Shown here one piece after another: positions 53,409-64,000 of a DNA stretch of 64,000 nt. The position numbers and the translations under genes were made by a program. Origin of the DNA: Antedon mediterranea (Eukaryota > Animalia > Echinodermata). The stretch is from positions 11,718,001-11,782,000 of the forward strand of contig NC_092680.1 in NCBI RefSeq assembly GCF_964355755.1, in the 5' to 3' direction. Each line of letters opens with the position of its first letter. Positions within the stretch are counted from its first letter, which is position 1. The notes below the pieces were generated by a model, which searched no databases, had not been told where the DNA came from, and worked only from the letters and a program-made list of their open reading frames with translations.

Positions 53409-53428
53409 TTGGCAGCAGAAACGGGCCC
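53409..53428 (-). repeat. Right terminal inverted repeat of the MITE
   Basis: TTGGCAGCAGAAACGGGCCC, immediately followed by TAAAACGTCTCC where the satellite resumes. Confidence 0.92.
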
Positions 53429-56400
53429 TAAAACGTCTCCAAATGCGATTTGAAGCTCTTCTGTACACTTTGATGTTTTGTGTGAAAAAGTTTTCTCGAA
53501 ATTCTCAAAATGGTCTAAAACTTTTTTAAATACGATATTAAGCTGTTTTGTGCACTTTGATGATTTGTGTGAAAAGTTTTAACGAAATGCTCAAAATGGT
53601 CAAAAACGGTTTCTAATGTGATTTTAAGCACTTTGATGTTTTTGTGTAACCAAGTTTTTTTCGAAAATCACAAAATGGTCTAAAACGTCTCCAAATGCGA
53701 TTTGAGGATATTCTGAGCACTTTGGTGTTTTTATGTTAAAAAGTTTTTTCGAAAATCACAAAATGGTCTAAAACGTCTCAAAATGCGATTTGAAGCTATT
53801 CTGTACACTTTGATGTTTTGTGTGAAAAAGTTTTGTCGAAATGCTCAAAATGGTCTAAAACGTTTTTAAAACGATATTAAGCTATTTTGTGCTCTTTGAT
53901 GTTTTTGTGTAACCAAGTTTCATCGAAATCAACAAAATGGTCTAATACGTCTCCAAATGCGATTTGAAGCTTTTCCAAGCACTTTGCTGTTTTTATGTTA
54001 ACAAGTTTTTTCGAAAATCACAAAATGGTCTAAAACGTCTTCAAATGCGATTTGAAGCTATTCTGTAGACTTTGATGTTTTGTGTGAAAAAGTTTTGTCG
54101 AAATGCTCAAAATGGTCTAAAACGTTTTTAAATACGATATTAAGCTATTTTGTGATCTTTGATGTTTTTGTGTGAAAAGTTTTATCAAAATGCTCAAAAT
54201 GGTCTGAAACGGTTTCTAATGCGATTTGAAGCTATTCTGTACACTTTGAAGTTTTGTGTGAAAAAGTTTTCTCGAAATGCTCAAAATGGTCTAAAACGTT
54301 TTTATATACCATATTAAGCTATTTTGTGCACTTTGATGTTTTTTGTGAAAAGTTTTATCGAAATGCTCAAAATGGTCTAAAACGGTTTCTATTGGGATTT
54401 TAAGCACTTTGATGATTTTGTGTAACCAAGTTTCATCGAAATGTACAAAATGGTCTAAAACGTCTCCAAATGCGATTTGAAGCTATTCTAAGTACTTTTG
54501 TGTTTTTATGTTAACAAGTTTTTTCGAAAATCAGAAAATGGTCTAAAACGTCTTCAAATGCGATTTGAAGCTATTCTGTACACTTTTATGTTTTGTGTGA
54601 AAAAGTTTTGTCGAAATTCTCAAAATGGTCTAAAACGTTTTTAAATACGATATTAAGCTGTTTTGTGCACTTTGATGATTTGTGTGAAAAGTTTTAACGA
54701 AATGCTCAAAATGGTCAAAAACGGTTTCTAATGTGATTTTAAGCACTTTGATGTTTTTGTGTAACCAAGTTTTTTCAAAAATCACAAAATGGTCTAAAAC
54801 GTCTCCAAATGCGATTTGAAGCTTTTCTAAGCACTTTGGTGTTTTTATGTTAACAAGTTTTTTCGAAAATCACAAAATGGTCTAAAACGTCTCCAAATGC
54901 GATTTGAAGATATTCTGAGCACTTTGGTGTTTTTATGTTAAAAAGTTTTTTCGAAAATCACAAAATAGTCTAAAACGTCTCCAAATGCGATTTGAAGCTA
55001 TTCTGTACACTTTGATGTTTTGTGTGAAAAAGTTTTGTCGAAATGCTCAAAATGGTCTAAAACGTTTTTAAAACGATATTAAGCTATTTTGTGCTCTTTG
55101 ATGTTTTTGTGTAACCAAGTTTCATCGAAAATCACAAAATGGTCTAAAACGTCTCAAAATGCGATTTGAAGCTTTTCTAAGCACTTTGGTGTTTTTATGT
55201 TAACAAGTTTTTTCGAAAATCACGAAATGGTCTAAAATGTCTCCAAATGCGATTTGAAGATATTCTGAGCACTTTGGTGTTTTTATATTAAAAAGTTTTT
55301 TCGAAAATCACAAAATGGTCTAAAACGTCTCCAAATGCGATTTGAAGCTCTTCTGTACACTTTGATGTTTTGTGTGAAAAAGTTTTGTCGAAATGCTCAA
55401 AATGGTCTAAAACGTTTTTAAATACGATATTAAGCTGTTTTGTGCACTTTGATGATTTGTGTGAAAAGTTTTAACGAAATGCTCAAAATGGTCAAAAACG
55501 GTTTCTAATGTGATTTTAAGCACTTTGATGTTTTTGTGTAACCAAGTTTTTTCAAAAATCACAAAATGGTCTAAAACGTCTCCAAATGCGATTTGAAGCT
55601 TTTCTAAGCACTTTGGTGTTTTTATGTTAACAAGTTTTTTCGAAAATCACAAAATGGTCTAAAACGTCTCCAAATGCGATTTGAAGATATTCTGAGCACT
55701 TTGGTGTTTTTATGTTAAAAAGTTTTTTCGAAAATCACAAAATGGTCTAAAACGTCTCCAAATGCGATTTGAAGCTATTCTGTACACTTTGATGTTTTGT
55801 GTGAAAAAGTTTTGTCGAAATGCTCAAAATGGTCTAAAACGTTTTTAAAACGATATTAAGCTATTTTGTGCTCTTTGATGTTTTTGTGTAACCAAGTTTC
55901 ATCGAAAATCACAAAATGGTCTAAAACGTCTCAAAATGCGATTTGAAGCTTTTCTAAGCACTTTGGTGTTTTTATGTTAACAAGTTTTTTCGAAAATCAC
56001 GAAATGGTCTAAAATGTCTCCAAATGCGATTTGAAGATATTCTGAGAACTTTGGTGTTTTTATGTTAAAAAGTTTTTTCGAAAATCACAAAATGGTCTAA
56101 AACGTCTCCAAATGCGATTTGAAGCTCTTCTGTACACTTTGATGTTTTGTGTGAAAAAGTTTTGTCGAAATGCTCAAAATGGTCTAAAACGTTTTTAAAT
56201 ACGATATTAAGCTGTTTTGTGCACTTTGATGATTTGTGTGAAAAGTTTTAACGAAATGCTCAAAATGGTCTAAAACGGTTTCTAATGTGATTTTAAGCAC
56301 TTTGATGTTTTTGTGTAACCAAGTTTTTTCGAAAATCACAAAATAGTCTAAAACGTCTCCAAATGCGATTTGAAGCTTTTCTAAGCACTTTGGTGTTTTT

Positions 56401-59400
56401 ATGTTAACAAGTTTGTTCGAAAATCACAAAATGGTCTAAAACGTCTCCAAATGCGATTTGAGGATATTCTGAGCACTTTGGTGTTTTTTTGTTAAAAAGT
56501 TTTTTCGAAAATCACAAAATGGTCTAAAACGTCTCCAAATGCGATTTGAAGCTATTCTGTACACTTTGATGTTTTGTGTGAAAAAGTTTTGTCGAAATGC
56601 TCAAAATGGTCTAAAACGTTTTTAAATACGATATTAAGCTATTTTGTGCACTTTGATGATTTGTGTGAAAAGTTTTGTCGAAATGCTCAAAATGGTCTAA
56701 AACGTTTTTAAAACGATATTAAGCTATTTTGTGCTCTTTGATGTTTTTGTGTAACCAAGTTTCATCGAAATCAACAAAATGGTCTAATACGTCTCCAAAT
56801 GCGATTTGAAGCTTTTCCAAGCACTTTGCTGTTTTTATGTTAACAAGTTTTTTCGAAAATCACAAAATGGTCTAAAACGTCTTCAAATGCGATTTGAAGC
56901 TATTCTGTAGACTTTGATGTTTTGTGTGAAAAAGTTTTGTCGAAATGCTCAAAATGGTCTAAAACGTTTTTAAATACGATATTAAGCTATTTTGTGATCT
57001 TTGATGTTTTTGTGTGAAAAGTTTTATCAAAATGCTCAAAATGGTCTGAAACGGTTTCTAATGCGATTTGAAGCTATTCTGTACACTTTGAAGTTTTGTG
57101 TGAAAAAGTTTTCTCGAAATGCTCAAAATGGTCTAAAACGTTTTTATATACCATATTAAGCTATTTTGTGCACTTTGATGTTTTTTGTGAAAAGTTTTAT
57201 CGAAATGCTCAAAATGGTCTAAAACGGTTTCTATTGGGATTTTAAGCACTTTGATGATTTTGTGTAACCAAGTTTCATCGAAATGTACAAAATGGTCTAA
57301 AACGTCTCCAAATGCGATTTGAAGCTATTCTAAGTACTTTTGTGTTTTTATGTTAACAAGTTTTTTCGAAAATCAGAAAATGGTCTAAAACGTCTTCAAA
57401 TGCGATTTGAAGCTATTCTGTACACTTTTATGTTTTGTGTGAAAAAGTTTTGTCGAAATTCTCAAAATGGTCTAAAACGTTTTTAAATACGATATTAAGC
57501 TGTTTTGTGCACTTTGATGATTTGTGTAAAAAGTTTTAACGAAATGCTCAAAATGGTCAAAAACGGTTTCTAATGTGATTTTAAGCACTTTGATGTTTTT
57601 TTGTAACCAAGTTTTTTCAAAAATCACAAAATGGTCTAAAACGTCTCCAAATGCGATTTGAAGCTTTTCTAAGCACTTTGGTGTTTTTATGTTAACAAGT
57701 TTTTTCGAAAATCACAAAATGGTCTAAAACGTCTCCAAATGCGATTTGAAGATATTCTGAGCACTTTGGTGTTTTTATGTTAAAAAGTTTTTTCGAAAAT
57801 CACAAAATAGTCTAAAACGTCTCCAAATGCGATTTGAAGCTATTCTGTACACTTTGATGTTTTGTGTGAAAAAGTTTTGTCGAAATGCTCAAAATGGTCT
57901 AAAACGTTTTTAAAACGATATTAAGCTATTTTGTGCTCTTTGATGTTTTTGTGTAACCAAGTTTCATCGAAAATCACAAAATGGTCTAAAACGTCTCAAA
58001 ATGCGATTTGAAGCTTTTCTAAGCACTTTGGTGTTTTTATGTTAACAAGTTTTTTCGAAAATCACGAAATGGTCTAAAATGTCTCCAAATGCGATTTGAA
58101 GATATTCTGAGCACTTTGGTGTTTTTATGTTAAAAAGTTTTTTCGAAAATCACAAAACGTCTCCAAATGCGATTTGAAGCTCTTCTGTACACTTTGATGT
58201 TTTGTGTGAAAAAGTTTTGTCGAAATGCTCAAAATGGTCTAAAACGTTTTTAAATACGATATTAAGCTGTTTTGTGCACTTTGATGATTTGTGTGAAAAG
58301 TTTTAACGAAATGCTCAAAATGGTCAAAAACGGTTTCTAATGTGATTTTAAGCACTTTGATGTTTTTGTGTAACCAAGTTTTTTCAAAAATCACAAAATG
58401 GTCTAAAACGTCTCCAAATGCGATTTGAAGCTTTTCTAAGCACTTTGGTGTTTTTATGTTAACAAGTTTTTTCGAAAATCACAAAATGGTCTAAAACGTC
58501 TCCAAATGCGATTTGAAGATATTCTGAGCACTTTGGTGTTTTTATGTTAAAAAGTTTTTTCGAAAATCACAAAATAGTCTAAAACGTCTCCAAATGCGAT
58601 TTGAAGCTATTCTGTACACTTTGATGTTTTGTGTGAAAAAGTTTTGTCGAAATGCTCAAAATGGTCTAAAACGTTTTTAAAACGATATTAAGCTATTTTG
58701 TGCTCTTTGATGTTTTTGTGTAACCAAGTTTCATCGAAAATCACAAAATGGTCTAAAACGTCTCAAAATGCGATTTGAAGCTTTTCTAAGCACTTTGGTG
58801 TTTTTATGTTAACAAGTTTTTTCGAAAATCACGAAATGGTCTAAAATGTCTCCAAATGCGATTTGAAGATATTCTGAGAACTTTGGTGTTTTTATGTTAA
58901 AAAGTTTTTTCGAAAATCACAAAATGGTCTAAAACGTCTCCAAATGCGATTTGAAGCTCTTCTGTACACTTTGATGTTTTGTGTGAAAAAGTTTTGTCGA
59001 AATGCTCAAAATGGTCTAAAACGTTTTTAAATACGATATTAAGCTGTTTTGTGCACTTTGATGATTTGTGTGAAAAGTTTTAACGAAATGCTCAAAATGG
59101 TCTAAAACGGTTTCTAATGTGATTTTAAGCACTTTGATGTTTTTGTGTAACCAAGTTTTTTCGAAAATCACAAAATAGTCTAAAACGTCTCCAAATGCGA
59201 TTTGAAGCTTTTCTAAGCACTTTGGTGTTTTTATGTTAACAAGTTTGTTCGAAAATCACAAAATGGTCTAAAACGTCTCCAAATGCGATTTGAGGATATT
59301 CTGAGCACTTTGGTGTTTTTTTGTTAAAAAGTTTTTTCGAAAATCACAAAATGGTCTAAAACGTCTCCAAATGCGATTTGAAGCTATTCTGTACACTTTG

Positions 59401-62400
59401 ATGTTTTGTGTGAAAAAGTTTTGTCGAAATGCTCAAAATGGTCTAAAACGTTTTTAAATACGATATTAAGCTATTTTGTGCACTTTGATGATTTGTGTGA
59501 AAAGTTTTAACGAAATGCTCAAAATGGTCTAAAACGGTTTCTAATGTGATTTTAAGCACTTTGATGATTTTGTGTAACCAAGTTTCATCGAAATGTACAA
59601 AATAGTCTAAAACGTCTCCAAATGCGATTTGAAGCTTTTCTAAGCACTTTGGTGTTTTTATGTTAACAAGTTTTTTCGAAAATCACAAAATGGTCTAAAA
59701 CGTCTCCAAATGCGATTTGAAGCTATTCTGTACACTTTGATGTTTTGTGTGAAAAAGTTTTGTCAAAATGCTCAAAATGGTCTAAAACGTTTTTAAAACG
59801 ATATTAAGCTATTTTGTGCTCTTTGATGTTTTTGTGTAACCAAGTTTCATCGAAAATCACAAAATGGTCTAAAACGTCTCCAAATGCGATTTGAAGCTTT
59901 TCTAAGCACTTTGGTGTTTTTATGTTAACAAGTTTTTTCGAAAATCACAAAATGGTCTAAAACGTCTCCAAATGCGATTTGAAGCTCTTCTGTACACTTT
60001 GATGTTTTGTTTGAAAAAGTTTTGTCGAAATTCTCAAAATGGTCTAAAACGTTTTTAAATACGATATTAAGCTGTTTTGTGCACTTTGATGATTTGTGTG
60101 AAAAGTTTTAACGAAATGCTCAAAATGGTCTAAAACGGTTTCTAATGTGATTTTAAGCACTTTGATGTTTTTGTGTAACCAAGTTTTTTCAAAAATCACA
60201 AAATGGTCTAAAACGTCTCCAAATGCGATTTGAAGCTTTTCTAAGCACTTTGGTGTTTTTATGTTAACAAGTTTTTTCGAAAATCACAAAATGGTCTAAA
60301 ACGTCTCCAAATGCGATTTGAAGATATTCTGAGCACTTTGGTGTTTTTATGTTAAAAAGTTTTTTCGAAAATCACAAAATAGTCTAAAACGTCTCCAAAT
60401 GCGATTTGAAGCTATTCTGTACACTTTGATGTTTTGTGTTAAAAAGTTTTGTCGAAATGCTCAAAATGGTCTAAAACGTTTTTAAAACGATATTAAGCTA
60501 TTTTGTGCTCTTTGATGTTTTTGTGTAACCAAGTTTCATCGAAAATCACAAAATGGTCTAAAACGTCTCAAAATGCGATTTGAAGCTTTTCTAAGCACTT
60601 TGGTGTTTTTATGTTAACAAGTTTTTTCGAAAATCACGAAATGGTCTAAAATGTCTCCAAATGCGATTTGAAGATATTCTGAGCACTTTGGTGTTTTTAT
60701 GTTAAAAAGTTTTTTCGAAAATCACAAAATGGTCTAAAACGTCTCCAAATGCGATTTGAAGCTCTTCTGTACACTTTGATGTTTTGTGTGAAAAAGTTTT
60801 GTCGAAATGCTCAAAATGGTCTAAAACGTTTTTAAATACGATATTAAGCTGTTTTGTGCACTTTGATGATTTGTGTGAAAAGTTTTAACGAAATGCTCAA
60901 AATGGTCTAAAACGGTTTCTAATGTGATTTTAAGCACTTTGATGTTTTTGTGTAACCAAGTTTTTTCGAAAATCACAAAATAGTCTAAAACGTCTCCAAA
61001 TGCGATTTGAAGCTTTTCTAAGCACTTTGGTGTTTTTATGTTAACAAGTTTTTTCGAAAATCACAAAATGGTCTAAAACGTCTCCAAATGCGATTTGAGG
61101 ATATTCTGAGCACTTTGGTGTTTTTTTGTTAAAAAGTTTTTTCGAAAATCACAAAATGGTCTAAAACGTCTCCAAATGCGATTTGAAGCTATTCTGTACA
61201 CTTTGATGTTTTGTGTGAAAAAGTTTTGTCGAAATGCTCAAAATGGTCTAAAACGTTTTTAAATACGATATTAAGCTATTTTGTGATCTTTGATGTTTTT
61301 GTGTGAAAAGTTTTATCGAAATGCTCAAAATGGTCTAAAACGTTTTTAAAACGATATTAAGCTATTTTGTGCTCTTTGATGTTTTTGTGTAACCAAGTTT
61401 CATCGAAAATCACAAAATGGTCTAAAACGTCGCCAAATGCGATTTGAAGCTTTTCTAAGCACTTTGGTGTTTTTATGTTAACAAGTTTTTTCGAAAATCA
61501 CGAAATGGTCTAAAATATCTCCAAATGCGATTTGAAGATATTCTGAGCACTTTGGTGTTTTTATGTTAACAAGTTTTTTCGAAAATCACAAAATGGTCTA
61601 AAACGTCTCCAAACGCGATTTGAAGCTCTTCTGTACACTTTGATGTTTTGTGTGAAAAAGTTTTGTCGAAATTCTCAAAATGGTCTAAAACGTTTTTAAA
61701 TACGATATTAAGCTGTTTTGTGCACTTTGATGATTTGTGTGAAAAGTTTTAACGAAATGCTCAAAATGGTCAAAAACGGTTTCTAATGTGATTTTAAGCA
61801 CTTTGATGTTTTTGTGTAACCAAGTTTTTTCAAAAATCACAAAATGGTCTAAAACGTCTCCAAATGCGATTTCAAGCTTTTCTAAGCACTTTGGTGTTTT
61901 TATGTTAACAAGTTTTTTCGAAAATCACAAAATGGTCTAAAACGTCTCCAAATGCGATTTGAAGATATTCTGAGCACTTTGGTGTTTTTATGTTAAAAAG
62001 TTTTTTCGAAAATCACAAAATAGTCTAAAACGTCTCCAAATGCGATTTGAAGCTATTCTGTACACTTTGATGTTTTGTGTGAAAAAGTTTTGTCGAAATG
62101 CTCAAAATGGTCTAAAACGTTTTTAAAACGATATTATTAAGCTATTTTGTGCTCTTTGATGTTTTTGTGTAACCAAGTTTCATCGAAAATCACAAAATGG
62201 TCTAAAACGTCTCAAAATGCGATTTGAAGCTTTTCTAAGCACTTTGGTGTTTTTATCTTAACAAGTTTTTTCGAAAATCACGAAATGGTCTAAAATGTCT
62301 CCAAATGCGATTTGAAGATATTCTGAGCACTTTGGTGTTTTTATGTTAAAAAGTTTTTTCGAAAATCACAAAATGGTCTAAAACGTCTCATAATGCGATT

Positions 62401-64000
62401 TGAAGCTCTTCTGTACACTTTGATGTTTTGTGTGAAAAAGTTTTGTCGAAATGCTCAAAATGGTCTAAAACGTTTTTAAATACGATATTAAGCTGTTTTG
62501 TGCACTTTGATGATTTGTGTGAAAAGTTTTAACGAAATGCTCAAAATGGTCTAAAACGGTTTCTAATGTGATTTTAAGCACTTTGATGTTTTTGTGTAAC
62601 CAAGTTTTTTCGAAAATCACAAAATAGTCTAAAACGTCTCCAAATGCGATTTGAAGCTTTTCTAAGCACTTTGGTGTTTTTTCGAAAATCACAAAATGGT
62701 CTAAAACGTCTCCAAATGCGATTTGAGGATATTCTGAGCACTTTGGTGTTTTTTAGTTAAAAAGTTTTTTCGAAAATCACAAAATGGTCTAAAACGTCTC
62801 CAAATGCGATTTGAAGCTATTCTGTACACTTTGATGTTTTGTGTGAAAAAGTTTTGTCGAAATGCTCAAAATGGTCTAAAACGTTTTTAAATACGATATT
62901 AAGCTATTTTGTGATCTTTGATGTTTTTGTGTGAAAAGTTTTATCGAAATGCTCAAAATGGTCTAAAACGGTTTCTATTGTGATTTTGAGCACTTTGATG
63001 ATTTTGTGTAACCAAGTTTCATCGAAATGTACAAAATGGTCTAAAACGTCTCCAAATGCGATTTGAAGCTATTCTAAGTACTTTTGTGTTTTTATGTTAA
63101 CAAGTTTTTTCGAAAATCACAAAATGGTCTAAAACGTCTCAAAATGCGATTTGAAGCTATTCTGTACACTTTGATGTTTTGTGTGAAAAAGTTTTGTCGA
63201 AATGCTCAAAATGGTCTAAAACGTTTTTAAAACGATATTAAGCTATTTTGTGCTCTTTGATGTTTTTGTGTAACCAAGTTTCATCGAAATCAACAAAATG
63301 GTCTAATACGTCTCCAAATGCGATTTGAAGCTTTTCCAAGCTTTTTGCTGTTTTTATGTTAAGTTTTTTCGAAAATCACAAAATGGTCTAAAACGTCTTC
63401 AAATGCGATTTGAAGCTATTCTGTACACTTTGATGTTTTGTGTGAAAAAGTTTTGTCGAAATGCTCAAAATGGTCTAAAACGTTTTTAAATACGATATTA
63501 AGCTATTTTGTGATCTTTGATGTTTTTGTGTGAAAAGTTTTATCAAAATGCTCAAAATGGTCTGAAACGGTTTCTAATGCGATTTGAAGCTATTCTGTAC
63601 ACTTTGAAGTTTTGTGTGAAAAAGTTTTCTCGAAATGCTCAAAATGGTCTAAAACGTTTTTATATACCATATTAAGCTATTTTGTGCACTTTGATGTTTT
63701 TTTTGAAAAGTTTTATCGAAATGCTCAAAATGGTCTAAAACGGTTTCTATTGGGATTTTAAGCACTTTGATGATTTTGTGTAACCAAGTTTCATCGAAAA
63801 TCACAAAATGGTCTAAAACGTCTCCAAATGCGATTTGAAGCTTTTCTAAGCACTTTTGTGTTTTTATGTTAACAAGTTTTTTCGAAAATCACAAAATGGT
63901 CTAAAACGTCTTCAAATGCGATTTGAAGCTATTCTGTACACTTTTATGTTTTGTGTGAAAAAGTTTTGTCGAAATTCTCAAAATGGTCTAAAACGTTTTT
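53429..64000 (+). repeat. Continuation of the same satellite array, same orientation and register
   Basis: The interrupted monomer resumes at TAAAACGTCTCCAAATGCG. The same monomer types continue to the right edge of the window. Confidence 0.98.
53830..59505 (+). repeat. Tandem duplication of a ~2.84-kb satellite block that contains an internal 777-bp 9-mer repeat
   Basis: TGTAGAC at 54068/56910 (offset 2842). TCTGAGAAC at 56041/58873 and GTTTGTTCG at 56411/59243 (offset 2832, after a 10-bp deletion at ~58157). Internal ATGGTCAAAA at 54711/55488 (offset 777). Confidence 0.85.

Larger units (their letters stand above)
52548..53428. mobile_element. Non-autonomous TIR DNA transposon (MITE), probably PIF/Harbinger (Tourist-like) superfamily, 881 bp
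   Basis: 20-bp TIRs GGCCCCGTTTCTGCTGCCAA ... TTGGCAGCAGAAACGGGCCC (19/20 complementary). The element interrupts the satellite motif GGTC-TAA-AACG, with flanking trinucleotides TAT (52545-52547) and TAA (53429-53431). GGSCCCGTTT termini with a TWA target are typical of PIF/Harbinger elements. No transposase ORF is present. Confidence 0.88.

Noticed and set aside
52545-53428. Insertion length (881+3 bp) is about ten 88-bp monomers, apparently preserving array phase
   Set aside because: This is a single observation, and the mean monomer length in the array is about 86 bp, so the match is probably coincidental.
52507-53529. Five overlapping ORFs across the MITE ends (63-104 aa) as a possible transposase or small protein
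   Set aside because: They are Y/I-rich low-complexity translations of the TATACCGTATA repeats, several run into the satellite, and none has a DDE or Myb-like motif. They are far too short for a Harbinger transposase.
3561-62692. Short ORFs (60-79 aa) within the satellite, e.g. 3561..3743, 17625..17810, 19633..19872, 21911..22111, 62465..62692
   Set aside because: They are translations of satellite monomers, recur wherever the same monomer succession occurs, often start at non-ATG codons, and show no domain-like content.
1-64000. CRISPR-like array (conserved CAAAATGGTCTAAAACG alternating with variable segments)
   Set aside because: The intervening segments are homologous to each other and recur hundreds of times instead of being unique spacers. 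There are no cas genes or leader.
1-64000. Short perfect palindromes in the monomers (TTTTCGAAAA, AAAACGTTTT, TGTTAACA, AAGCTT, TGTACA) as terminators or regulatory sites
   Set aside because: There is no gene context, and such short dyads are expected in AT-rich satellites. Symmetry is covered under the cryptic palindrome finding.

Overview
The window is almost entirely one AT-rich, head-to-tail satellite DNA array in a single orientation, typical of eukaryotic centromeric or pericentromeric heterochromatin. It is built from about a dozen related monomer types of 86-88 bp plus 78-bp deletion monomers. These are arranged in variable higher-order repeats: a 12-mer of 1029 bp, a 9-mer of 777 bp, recent tandem block duplications of 1.55, 1.80, 2.75 and 2.84 kb, and dispersed block copies up to about 53 kb apart. 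The only non-satellite sequence is an 881-bp non-autonomous DNA transposon (52548-53428) with PIF/Harbinger-type termini. It is inserted at the TAA of a monomer, and empty-site copies of the same block exist elsewhere in the window. The element has nested TIR-like copies, 12 quasi-palindromic TATACSGTATA subterminal motifs and a G-rich tract. No credible protein-coding gene, RNA gene or CRISPR array is present, and the listed ORFs are chance readings of repeats. The organism cannot be identified from the sequence alone. Offsets were counted by hand from diagnostic variants, so block boundaries are approximate.
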